Source: Candidatus Auribacterota bacterium
GTDB taxonomy: Bacteria > Auribacterota > Ancaeobacteria > Ancaeobacterales > Ancaeobacteraceae
DNA: 64,000 nucleotides
Direction of reading: 5' to 3'
Assembly: GCA_022711655.1 (NCBI GenBank)
Contig: JAKLEM010000004.1
Coordinates: 8,182 to 72,181, forward strand
Shown: piece after piece, positions 23,251-32,466 of the stretch
Layout of the letters: every line of letters begins with the position of its first letter
How positions within the stretch are numbered: position 1 is the stretch's first letter
Translations under genes and position numbers: made by a program
The notes under the pieces: model-generated
What the model saw: only the letters and a program-made list of their open reading frames with translations
The model's database searches: none
What the model was told of the DNA's origin: nothing

Positions 23251-25136
23251 GTAAGTTCATACGCTACCTCGACAGCATCTTCATCGGCGCGGCGCTCCTT
23301 CTGGCTGCCGGTTGGAACATCTCGCCGGTCGACAACGACGATTTCTGGCTGCACGTCAAGACGGGCGAGCTTATATGCCGCGGGAAGGCCATCCCGGATC
23401 ACGACATCTTCCTCAATAACCCCAACCCCAATCCGTGGGTCATCCATTCCTGGCTGTCATCTGCAGCATTCTATCAGTTGACGCACCGGTGGGGAGTCGA
23501 CGCCGTTATTGCGGTAAAGGCGGGGGCTGTCGTGTTGGCTCTGGCGCTGCTTTTCGCGCTGTTCCGGTCGGTCTCCGGCAGCGGCTTTGCCGGCGCTGCC
23601 GCATCATTGTCTGTCCTCTTTATGAACGCGGGAAGGATACGGATGTGCCGGCCGATGGCATTCTCGTATCTTCTTTTCGCCGGACTGGCGCTGACGCTCA
23701 CCCTGTACCGTGAGGGCGGGAGACGGCGCCTGTTCTACACGCTGCCGGCGGCATTCTTCTTGTGGGCAAATCTGCACGGCGAATTCTTGATGGGGATCGC
23801 GATGACGGCCCTGTATGCCGCGGGGCTCTTTCTCGATGAGAAGCTTTGCCGCGGCGGCCGGGATCAGTCCTGGAGAACTGCGGCGTGGCTGTCGGCATGC
23901 TGTTTCGCCGCGACGCTCTGCAATCCGTATTTCTGCGGCATCTACACTCATATCTTTTCGTTTCTCCATTCGCCGCTCTACATGGGACGTAATGCGGAGT
24001 GGGCGCCGGTGAACGTGAGGCACTCATGGCAGTTCCTCCTCGTCTGCGCGGCCGCCGCGGCGGCGGGCATCCTGGCTTTTTCGCGGATGCGTCTGGCGTT
24101 CCTTGTCCCGTTCGCCGGGCTTGTTGCCCTGGCCCTGTACAAAAACCGTTTGATCTATTTCGCATCCGTCAGCGCAGCGCTTGTGCTCGTGTCGGCGTAT
24201 CCCGTTATGCGCGAGCGATTGAGAAAAAGATCTGGGCGGTTTTTCGGATGGTTATCGGCCGGCCTGCGGCTTCTGGCCATTGCCGCGGTCCTGCTCGTGA
24301 CGCAGGCGGCCTACGCGCGCGGCATGCTTTTCCGGTGGGGAGTCGTCGAGCGGACTTTCCCTGAGGGAGGCGTCCGTTTCATGCTGGATTGCCGGCCGCA
24401 GGGAAAGATGGTCAACTTCCGGGAATGGGGCGGCTACCTGATCTACCGGCTCTGGCCGGGCTACAAGGTTTTCATCGACGGGCGGGTTCCCGAAGCGGCC
24501 GGCGAAACGACCTGGGCGTATGAGGCGATCGCCGAGGCGAAGCCGGGGTTCGACAGCTATCTGGATCGCCAGGGGATCGACATCGTTTTTGCCGACTATA
24601 TGGTCTTCAGGAGGGCGGCGGACGACCCGATCCAGCCGATCGCGTTTCTCAAAAACTGGGCTCTGGTCTACTGGGACGACACCGCGCAGGTCTATCTGCG
24701 GGACACGCCGGCGAACCATCCGCTCATCGAAAAGTATGCCTATCGCGCCGTGATGCCGTCGAGCGTGACCAACCCGTTTTGCACGCAGGACATCGATGCG
24801 GCGATCGCGGAATGCCGGCGTTCCGTGGAGACGACGCCGTCCGAGCGGGGATACCTGTTCTGGGGTTTTCTTCTCATGCAGCAGGGCCGCCGGGACGAGG
24901 CGATCGGGAAGTTCGGCGAAGCGCTCAAGGTGAATCCCGGAAGCGCCAAAGCGCTGTATAACATCGGGGTTGTGCATATGAAGCAGGGGATGCTGGACGA
25001 TGCCGAGCGATACGTATCGGCGGCGCTGGCGATGGACCGGCGGTACGCCCTTGCGCGCCGAACGCTGGAGAAGATCCGCAACCGGAAGCTGGACCGGGGA
25101 TATCTCGGCAACCCTGCAGACGGCAGCCGCCGATAA
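23247..25136 (+). CDS. Polytopic membrane protein with C-terminal TPR repeats (GT-C-like glycosyltransferase or ligase/polymerase candidate)
   Basis: ATGA overlap with the last GT9. More than 10 predicted TM helices. Acidic first loop NISPVDNDDFWLHVKTGE. C-terminal TPR-like WGFLLMQQGRRDEAIGKFGEALKVNPGSAKALYNIGVVHMKQG. Confidence 0.6.
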   Translation: MSKFIRYLDSIFIGAALLLAAGWNISPVDNDDFWLHVKTGELICRGKAIPDHDIFLNNPNPNPWVIHSWLSSAAFYQLTHRWGVDAVIAVKAGAVVLALALLFALFRSVSGSGFAGAAASLSVLFMNAGRIRMCRPMAFSYLLFAGLALTLTLYREGGRRRLFYTLPAAFFLWANLHGEFLMGIAMTALYAAGLFLDEKLCRGGRDQSWRTAAWLSACCFAATLCNPYFCGIYTHIFSFLHSPLYMGRNAEWAPVNVRHSWQFLLVCAAAAAAGILAFSRMRLAFLVPFAGLVALALYKNRLIYFASVSAALVLVSAYPVMRERLRKRSGRFFGWLSAGLRLLAIAAVLLVTQAAYARGMLFRWGVVERTFPEGGVRFMLDCRPQGKMVNFREWGGYLIYRLWPGYKVFIDGRVPEAAGETTWAYEAIAEAKPGFDSYLDRQGIDIVFADYMVFRRAADDPIQPIAFLKNWALVYWDDTAQVYLRDTPANHPLIEKYAYRAVMPSSVTNPFCTQDIDAAIAECRRSVETTPSERGYLFWGFLLMQQGRRDEAIGKFGEALKVNPGSAKALYNIGVVHMKQGMLDDAERYVSAALAMDRRYALARRTLEKIRNRKLDRGYLGNPADGSRR

Positions 25137-25163
25137 GAGTTTTGCAGCGCGCGAATTTTTCTT

Positions 25164-25191
25164 TTGACTCTCCGGATCAATATGCTATAGT
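25164..25191 (+). promoter_or_regulatory. Sigma70-like promoter candidate for tRNA-Asp
   Basis: TTGACT (25164-25169), 16 nt, extended -10 TGCTATAGT (hexamer 25186-25191). Confidence 0.5.
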
Positions 25192-25252
25192 TTCACCCTC
25201 TTCTCCGGCCTGGCCGGCGGAGGGGTCTCTTTACGGCGGATTTTCCCTTTAT

Positions 25253-25326
25253 GGGGGTGTAGCTCAATTGGTTAGAGCGCTGCCCTGTCACGGCAGAGGT
25301 CGCGGGTTCGAGTCCCGTCACTCCCG
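25253..25326 (+). tRNA. tRNA-Asp(GTC): tRNA-Asp, anticodon GTC, CCA not encoded
   Basis: GGGGGTGTAGCTCAATTGGTTAGAGCGCTGCCCTGTCACGGCAGAGGTCGCGGGTTCGAGTCCCGTCACTCCCG gives a cloverleaf with anticodon loop CTGTCAC. Confidence 0.95.
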
Positions 25327-25334
25327 TTGTTCGC

Positions 25335-25378
25335 AAGAGCCCCGTGATGCGAGAGCGTCACGGGGCTCTTTGTCGTTG
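25335..25378 (+). terminator. Rho-independent terminator candidate after tRNA-Asp
   Basis: 13-bp stem AAGAGCCCCGTGA / TCACGGGGCTCTT with a 10-nt loop, followed by TGTCGTTG (only moderately T-rich). Confidence 0.55.
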
Positions 25379-25480
25379 CGCCCATAAAGTAGCAGTCTTT
25401 TCTTACCATTTTTACTCTAATCCTGTAGAATATCCCCACGTCTTCATCTACATATGCTGAAACGCCGGGAGGTCACGATC

Positions 25481-26356
25481 ATGATAAGAAAGATGATTCT
25501 GCCGTTGGTGCTTCTGTGTGTATGTGCGGGCCTGGTATCGGCGCAGGAAGATCCGGGGCTGCCGACGCAAGAAGCGCCACCGGCCGTTGTTCGCGAAACC
25601 GTGCATATGACGGCAGAACAGTTCCACCAGGCGCTCAAGTCGGCGAACCATGATTATGCCGGGGATGCCGTGTTGGTTATCGACGAACATGGCTATGTCG
25701 CCGAGGCTGTGCTGAGCGGGACGCCGGTGGAAGACCTTTCGCCGATCGCCGGCGTTATGTTGCAGGTTCTCGACCTCCGGGGGCTTCAGATCGACAACAT
25801 TTCCGCGCTCGCCGGTACGCCGGTGCGCCGTCTTTTTATCGATAACACCCGTATTGCAGATATCTCGCCGCTCAAAGGCGCAAAGCTCGAATTGCTCTAC
25901 CTGAAGAACGCCAAGGTCTCCGACCTGTCGCCGCTTGCCGGCATGCGCTTGGTCGATCTGAACCTGGAGGGATGCCCGGTGTCCGATATTGCGGCCTTGC
26001 AAGGAATGCCGCTGGAGATGCTCTGGCTCAACGAAACTAAAGTGTCCGATATAACACCGCTTGCCGGCGCCCCCTTGATCGCCCTGACGCTGCGCGGGAC
26101 GAACGTCTCCGACCTGCGCCCTCTCGCCGGAGGCAAGCTGGAACGGCTCCATATCGGCGGCACACCGGTGGCCGATCTTACGCCGCTGAAGGGCCTTCCG
26201 CTGAAGCGTCTCATCTTCACGCCGAAGAATATAACGGCGGGGATGGATATAGTCAGGAACATGCCGACGATCAAAGAGATCGGTGTCCGGTTCGACAAGA
26301 TGATGAAGCCCTCCGAGTTCTGGCAGCGGTACGACGAGGGGGAGTTCAAGGACTGA
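25481..26356 (+). CDS. Secreted leucine-rich-repeat (LRR) protein
   Basis: Signal peptide MIRKMILPLVLLCVCAGLVSAQE. About eight 21-residue units of the type LxLLxLxxxxVSDLSPLAGxx. Confidence 0.8.
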   Translation: MIRKMILPLVLLCVCAGLVSAQEDPGLPTQEAPPAVVRETVHMTAEQFHQALKSANHDYAGDAVLVIDEHGYVAEAVLSGTPVEDLSPIAGVMLQVLDLRGLQIDNISALAGTPVRRLFIDNTRIADISPLKGAKLELLYLKNAKVSDLSPLAGMRLVDLNLEGCPVSDIAALQGMPLEMLWLNETKVSDITPLAGAPLIALTLRGTNVSDLRPLAGGKLERLHIGGTPVADLTPLKGLPLKRLIFTPKNITAGMDIVRNMPTIKEIGVRFDKMMKPSEFWQRYDEGEFKD

Positions 26357-26398
26357 TCGCAATGCTATGACCGGCGGGCGGCCGAGGAGGGATGCCGA

Positions 26399-29300
26399 GT
26401 GATCATCAGGGATTTTCCGAAAAAACAGGGGTTGTACGATCCGCGTTACGAGCACGACAACTGCGGCGTCGGCTTTGTCTGCAATATCAACGGCAGGAAG
26501 ACGCACGGCATCGTCCTGAAAGGCATGGAGGTCCTCGAGCGGCTGAGCCATCGCGGCGCGGTCGGCGCCGACCCCGAGACGGGCGACGGCGCGGGCATCC
26601 TCATGCAGATGCCGCATACATTCTTGCTGAAGGAATGCAAAAAGGCCGGCATCGCTTTACCCGAACCGGGGTCGTACGGCGCCGGCCTGGTCTTCCTGCC
26701 GAACGATGCCGGCGACCGGGAACTGTGCGTAGAAATAATCAAGAGGATCATCGATGAAGAGGGGCAGAGGTTCCTGGGCTGGCGCGATGTCCCTGTCAAC
26801 AACTCCGTGATCGGTAAGGGCGCGCGTGAGACCCAGCCGCACATTGCGCAGATATTCATCGGCATGAAAGACGGGGCGAACGATCAGCTCGCGTTCGAAA
26901 GAAAGCTCTATGTCATCCGTCGGCAGGCCGAGAACGCGGTCAGGTCCGTCGCCGCGGCGGAGAGATCATCGTTTTACGTTGTCAGCCTCTCCTCGCGCAC
27001 GCTCTGCTATAAAGGGCTCCTGATGCCCTCTCAGCTGAGAGGATTCTTCGCCGACCTGCAAGACGATTCCCTGGAGAGCTCGCTCTGCCTCGTCCATTCC
27101 CGCTACAGTACGAACACCTTCCCGTCGTGGAGCCTTGCCCAGCCGTTCCGTTTCCTCGCCCACAACGGCGAGATCAATACGCTGCGGGGCAACATCAACT
27201 GGATCAGTGCCAGGGAGCGGCTCCTCTCAAGCGGCCTTTTCGGGACGGATATCGAGAAGCTCAAACCGGTCATTGTGCGGGGCGGGAGCGACTCGGCGGC
27301 GATCGACAACGTCTTCGAGCTGCTGGTCCTTGCCGGGCGGCCGCTCGAACACGCGATGATGATGCTCATCCCGGCGGCGTGGGAGCACGACAAGCTGATG
27401 GACAACGGCCTCAAGGATTTCTACCGGTATCACGCCTGCTTCATGGAGCCGTGGGACGGACCAGCCGCGATCGCCTTCACCGACGGGACGAACATCGGGG
27501 CGGTCCTCGACCGGAACGGCCTTCGGCCCGCGCGATACATCATCACGAAGAACGATTTTGTCGTCATGGCCTCCGAGGCCGGCGTCCTCGACATCGACCC
27601 CGCCGACATCAAGGAATCGGGGCGGCTCGAGCCGGGCAAGATCTTCTTTATCGATACCGCGGCGGGGCGGATCGTCAATAATACCGAGATCAAGAAGAGC
27701 GTCTCGGGCCGCGCGCCGTACGGCTGGTGGAACGATCGCCACATGATCGATCTGGATACGTTGACCGGTTCCGGCGGCGGGGAACGGGCGATCGAAGACA
27801 TGCTGCCGGCAATGAAGGCGTTCGGCTACACCCGGGAAGACCTCAAGGTGGTCCTGAAACCGATGGCCGAGGAGGGGAAGGAGCCGGTCGGTTCGATGGG
27901 CAACGACGCCCCGCACGCCTTCCTCTCGAAGAAACCGCAGATCCTCTACGCTTACTTCAAGCAGCTGTTCGCGCAGGTGACCAACCCTCCCATCGATTCG
28001 ATACGGGAAAAGCTGGTTATGAGCATGGAGAGCTTTATCGGGCCGGAAAAGAACATACTGGACGAGTCGCCGGAGCATGGCCGCAAACTGCGGGTGAAGA
28101 ATCCCATCCTGACCGACGAGGAACTCGAAAAGATACGGGATATCAGCGTCGGCGGGTTCAAGTCGAAAACGGTCTATACCTTCTTCGACGCGGGGAGCGG
28201 CGCGGACGGTTTCCGGCGCGCGCTTGATCGCATCTGCTTTGAGGCGGAATATGCGATCGAGCAGGGGTATTCCTTCCTCATCCTGAGCGACCGCGGGGTC
28301 GACAGGGACAACATTGCCCTGCCGGCGCTGCTGGCGGTGAGCGCCGTCCATCAGCACCTGGTCAGGAAGACGATACGGTCGCAGGTGTCATTGATCGTCG
28401 AGAGCGCGGAGCCGAGAGAGGTCCACCATTTCGCCCTTCTGTTCGGTTTCGGCGCCGGGTGCGTCAACCCGTACCTTGCCTATAAGGCGGTGGAATACCT
28501 TGTGGATGAGAAACATGTCTCCGCGGACCGCACGACGGCCCTAAAAAATTACCACAAGGCCATTACGGACGGGATCCTGAAAATACTTTCAAAGATGGGG
28601 ATATCCACGCTGAGGAGTTACCGCGGCGCGCAGATCTTCGAGGCGCTCGGCCTGGATCATGAAGTCATTGGAACCTATTTTACCGGTACCCCCTCGCGGA
28701 TCGGCGGAGTGGGCCTTGACGGGATCGCCGGTGAGACGATCGCGCGGCACCGGGAGGCGTACGCGCAGAGGGACGCCGAGCGGCTGTACCTTTCGAGCGG
28801 CGGCGTCTATCAGTGGAAAAAGGACGGCGAGTTCCATCTCTGGAACCCGGACAGCATCGCGGCGCTCCAGGACGCCGCCCGCAATAACGACCATGCCCGG
28901 TACAAGGAGTTTGCGCGTCTGATCAACGACCAGAGCGACAATCCGGTAACGTTACGGAGCCTCCTGACGTTCAAAAATGGTGCGGCGCCGGTCCCGATCG
29001 AGGAGGTCGAGCCGGCCGAGTCGATCATGAAACGGTTCGTCACGGGCGCCATGAGTTTCGGCTCGATCAGCGGCGCGGCGCACGAGACGATCGCCATCGC
29101 TATGAACAGGATCGGTGGCAAGTCGAACACGGGGGAAGGGGGCGAGGACCCGAACAGGTTCATCACGCTCCCCAACGGCGATTCGCGGCGGAGCGCCATC
29201 AAACAGGTCGCGTCGGGGAGGTTCGGCGTCACGATCAACTATCTGGTGAACGCCGACGAGATACAGATCAAGATGGCGCAGGGGGCGAAGCCCGGCGAAG

Positions 29301-30934
29301 GAGGCCAGCTGCCGGGGCACAAGGTGAGCGGGATCATCGCGCGGACGAGGTATACGACGCCCGGCGTCACGCTGATCTCGCCGCCGCCGCACCACGACAT
29401 CTATTCGATCGAAGACCTCGCCCAGCTGATTTTCGACCTGAAAAACGCGAACCCCCGCGCGCGGGTGAGCGTCAAGCTGGTCTCGGAAGTCGGCGTGGGG
29501 ACCATTGCGGCGGGCGTCGCGAAGGGGCATGCCGACATGATCCTCATATCGGGCGGCGACGGCGGCACCGGCGCGTCGCCGATCAGCTCGATCAAGTATG
29601 CCGGGCTCCCGTGGGAGCTGGGCCTCTCTGAGACGCACCAGACGCTCCTCCTCAACAATCTTCGCTCGCGGGTCAGGCTGCAGACCGACGGGCAGATCCG
29701 GACGGGGCGCGACGTGGCGATCGCGGCGCTCCTCGGCGCAGAAGAGTTCGGCTTCTGCACGGCGGTGCTCATCGTGAGCGGCTGCGTGATGCTGCGGCAC
29801 TGCCATCTCAACAACTGCTCGGTCGGCGTGGCAACGCAGGACGATATTTTACAGAAGCGGTTCAGGGGGCGGCCGGAATACATCGTGAACTATTTCCGCC
29901 TGGTTACGCACGAGCTCCGCGAGATCATGGCGCAGTTGGGCGTGCGGACGGTAGACGAGATGGTCGGCAGGACCGACCTGCTCGAGACGAACGCCGGCAT
30001 CGCGCCGGCGAAGGCGAAGGAGATCGATTATAGCGCCGTCCTGTATAAGCCGGACATCCCCGCAGACGTCGGGCGTTATTGCACGCGAGCGCAGGAGTGC
30101 GGACTCGACAACGTCCTGGACCGCGAACTCATCGCGGCGAGCAAGGACGCCTTCCAGAAGAACAGGCCTGTGCGGATCTCGCGGGCGATACATAACACCG
30201 ACCGGGCCGTGGGCGCGATGCTGAGCGGCGAGGTGTGCAGGCGGTGCGGCGACGGCGTCCTGCTCGAGGACACGATCACCTGCGCGTTCACGGGCGTCGC
30301 GGGGCAGAGCTTCGGCGCCTTCCTTGCGAAAGGCGTCACCTTCGAGCTGGAGGGGATGTCCAACGATTATGTCGGCAAGGGGATATCGGGCGGGAAGATC
30401 GTCATCTATCCGGACAGGAAGTCGCACTATGCGCCGGCCGAGAACGTGATCATCGGCAACACCTCGTTTTACGGCGCCATATCGGGCGAGGCATACATCG
30501 CCGGCCTGGCGGGCGAACGGTTCTGCGTGCGGAGTTCGGGGCTGTACGCCGTCGTGGAGGGCGTCGGAGACCATGGCTGCGAGTATATGACGGGAGGCAG
30601 GGTGATCGTCCTCGGTCGGACAGGGCGTAATTTCGCCGCGGGCATGTCGGGCGGCATCGCGTATGTGTACGATGAAGAGGGGGCCTTCAGGGGGAGGTGC
30701 AACACCGATATGGTCCTTCTGGAAGACGTCAAAGAAGACGACAAAGATACCATCTATCATCTCCTCCACAACCACATCAAATACACGAAGAGCGCAAAGG
30801 CGAAAAAGGTCATCGACAATATCCATGAAGAACTGAAGAGGTTCGTGCGAGTGATCCCGATGGAATACAAGCGTATCCTCGAGGGGATCAAGATAGAAAA
30901 GAAACTGAACCTGACGGAGAAGCTGGATGGGTGA
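26399..30934 (+). CDS. gltB: Glutamate synthase large subunit
   Basis: 1511 aa; GTG start after GAGGAGGG. N-terminal Ntn cysteine EHDNCGVGFV, FMN domain LISGGDGGTGASP, C-terminal GXGXG beta-helix region. Confidence 0.95.
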   Translation: MIIRDFPKKQGLYDPRYEHDNCGVGFVCNINGRKTHGIVLKGMEVLERLSHRGAVGADPETGDGAGILMQMPHTFLLKECKKAGIALPEPGSYGAGLVFLPNDAGDRELCVEIIKRIIDEEGQRFLGWRDVPVNNSVIGKGARETQPHIAQIFIGMKDGANDQLAFERKLYVIRRQAENAVRSVAAAERSSFYVVSLSSRTLCYKGLLMPSQLRGFFADLQDDSLESSLCLVHSRYSTNTFPSWSLAQPFRFLAHNGEINTLRGNINWISARERLLSSGLFGTDIEKLKPVIVRGGSDSAAIDNVFELLVLAGRPLEHAMMMLIPAAWEHDKLMDNGLKDFYRYHACFMEPWDGPAAIAFTDGTNIGAVLDRNGLRPARYIITKNDFVVMASEAGVLDIDPADIKESGRLEPGKIFFIDTAAGRIVNNTEIKKSVSGRAPYGWWNDRHMIDLDTLTGSGGGERAIEDMLPAMKAFGYTREDLKVVLKPMAEEGKEPVGSMGNDAPHAFLSKKPQILYAYFKQLFAQVTNPPIDSIREKLVMSMESFIGPEKNILDESPEHGRKLRVKNPILTDEELEKIRDISVGGFKSKTVYTFFDAGSGADGFRRALDRICFEAEYAIEQGYSFLILSDRGVDRDNIALPALLAVSAVHQHLVRKTIRSQVSLIVESAEPREVHHFALLFGFGAGCVNPYLAYKAVEYLVDEKHVSADRTTALKNYHKAITDGILKILSKMGISTLRSYRGAQIFEALGLDHEVIGTYFTGTPSRIGGVGLDGIAGETIARHREAYAQRDAERLYLSSGGVYQWKKDGEFHLWNPDSIAALQDAARNNDHARYKEFARLINDQSDNPVTLRSLLTFKNGAAPVPIEEVEPAESIMKRFVTGAMSFGSISGAAHETIAIAMNRIGGKSNTGEGGEDPNRFITLPNGDSRRSAIKQVASGRFGVTINYLVNADEIQIKMAQGAKPGEGGQLPGHKVSGIIARTRYTTPGVTLISPPPHHDIYSIEDLAQLIFDLKNANPRARVSVKLVSEVGVGTIAAGVAKGHADMILISGGDGGTGASPISSIKYAGLPWELGLSETHQTLLLNNLRSRVRLQTDGQIRTGRDVAIAALLGAEEFGFCTAVLIVSGCVMLRHCHLNNCSVGVATQDDILQKRFRGRPEYIVNYFRLVTHELREIMAQLGVRTVDEMVGRTDLLETNAGIAPAKAKEIDYSAVLYKPDIPADVGRYCTRAQECGLDNVLDRELIAASKDAFQKNRPVRISRAIHNTDRAVGAMLSGEVCRRCGDGVLLEDTITCAFTGVAGQSFGAFLAKGVTFELEGMSNDYVGKGISGGKIVIYPDRKSHYAPAENVIIGNTSFYGAISGEAYIAGLAGERFCVRSSGLYAVVEGVGDHGCEYMTGGRVIVLGRTGRNFAAGMSGGIAYVYDEEGAFRGRCNTDMVLLEDVKEDDKDTIYHLLHNHIKYTKSAKAKKVIDNIHEELKRFVRVIPMEYKRILEGIKIEKKLNLTEKLDG

Positions 30935-32372
30935 CACGAGAGGTTTTCTCAAGATAGCGCGGCAGGGCGGCCAGTACCGAGAGGTGTGCGAGCGCGTCCG
31001 GGACTACAAGGACGTTGCGCGGATGCGCCCGGACGCGCAGACCCAGGAGCAGGCCTCGCGCTGTATGGACTGCGGGACGCCCTTCTGCCATTCGGGATGC
31101 CCGATCGGCAACTACATACCCGAGTGGAACGACCTTGTCTATCGGGGCAAGTGGGAAGCGGCGCTCGCGCTTCTTGATGCGACCAACTGCCTGCCTGAGG
31201 TCACCGGCCGGGTATGCCCGGCGCTGTGCGAATACGCCTGCGTCCTGGCGCTGAACGATGACGCGGTGACCATCCGCGAGAACGAACTTGCGGTCGTTGA
31301 ATACGGGTTCAAGCACGGTCTCATGAAGCCGGCGGTCATCAAAGAGCGGACGGGGAAACGGGTCGCCGTGATCGGATCGGGGCCGGCAGGACTCGCGTGC
31401 GCGGCGCAGCTGAACCGGGCGGGCCACGCGGTGACCGTCTTTGAGCGGGACGAAAAGCCGGGCGGGATACTGCGCTACGGCATCCCCGATTTCAAGCTCG
31501 AGAAACACCTCCTGGACAGGCGCATCGATATCTGGAAAAAGGAAGGGGTTGTTTTCAGAACAGGGGTCAACGCCGGCGGCGACTATGCGGCAGGCAAGCT
31601 GCTGAGCGAGTTCGACGCGGTCTGCCTCGCGGGCGGGTCGCGTGTTCCGCGGGATATTGCGGTGCCGGGCAGGGACCTGAAAGGCGTCGCCTTTGCCATG
31701 GATTATCTGACGCAGTCGAACAGGCGCTCGGCCGGTGAGACGATACCGAAAGGCGAGCTGATCGACGCGAAAGGTAAAAAAGTGGTGGTGATCGGCGGCG
31801 GCGACACCGGCTCCGATTGCGTCGGCACTGCGCATCGCCAGGGGGCGGGGTGCGTCGTGCAGATTGAGGTGATGCCGCGGCCCGACGAGGGGAGGACCGA
31901 GGCATACCCGTGGCCGCGATATCCGCTCCTCCTGAAGACGACGTCGAGCCATGAAGAAGGGGGAGAGCGCCACTGGGCCGTTTTGACCAAGGGCTTTATA
32001 GGCGAGAAAGGCCGTGTGACAAAGCTTTCCTGCGTCAGGGTTCAGTTCGTGCACGAGCACGGCAAGCGGTTTCCCGCCATGAAAGAAATGCCGGGAAGCG
32101 AATTCGAGATCGGCGCCGACCTGGTCATCGTCGCCGTCGGCTTCCTGAATCCGGAGCATGCCGGTCTCCTGGCGGACCTTCACGTCGCCTTCGACGAGCG
32201 CGGCAACGTGAAGACGGACGAAAAGTTTATGACCTCGGTTTCGAAGGTTTTTTCGGCGGGCGACATGCGGCGGGGCCAGTCGCTGGTGGTCTGGGCGATC
32301 GCGGAGGGCAGGCGGTGCGCGCGGAGCATCGACATGTTCCTTATGGGCGAGAGCAACCTGCCGGCGATGTGA
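30927..32372 (+). CDS. gltD: Glutamate synthase small subunit (NAD(P)H)
   Basis: Overlaps gltB by 8 nt. Fe-S motifs [10 protein letters not shown] and CPALCEYAC; dinucleotide fold [14 protein letters not shown]. Confidence 0.95.
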   Translation: MGDTRGFLKIARQGGQYREVCERVRDYKDVARMRPDAQTQEQASRCMDCGTPFCHSGCPIGNYIPEWNDLVYRGKWEAALALLDATNCLPEVTGRVCPALCEYACVLALNDDAVTIRENELAVVEYGFKHGLMKPAVIKERTGKRVAVIGSGPAGLACAAQLNRAGHAVTVFERDEKPGGILRYGIPDFKLEKHLLDRRIDIWKKEGVVFRTGVNAGGDYAAGKLLSEFDAVCLAGGSRVPRDIAVPGRDLKGVAFAMDYLTQSNRRSAGETIPKGELIDAKGKKVVVIGGGDTGSDCVGTAHRQGAGCVVQIEVMPRPDEGRTEAYPWPRYPLLLKTTSSHEEGGERHWAVLTKGFIGEKGRVTKLSCVRVQFVHEHGKRFPAMKEMPGSEFEIGADLVIVAVGFLNPEHAGLLADLHVAFDERGNVKTDEKFMTSVSKVFSAGDMRRGQSLVVWAIAEGRRCARSIDMFLMGESNLPAM

Positions 32373-32466
32373 GCGGGTTTTTCTTCGATAACGGAAACCT
32401 GTCACCCGCTGCGAGAGGCAGCACGAGTATTTGGATGTGCCATATAAAATATTTTCAGGAGATACC

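Noticed and set aside
11415-25326. A genomic island integrated at a tRNA gene, because the glycosyltransferase locus contains or abuts two tRNA genes.
   Set aside because: I noticed no integrase, transposase or duplicated tRNA 3-prime end. GC content and codon usage look like the rest of the window.
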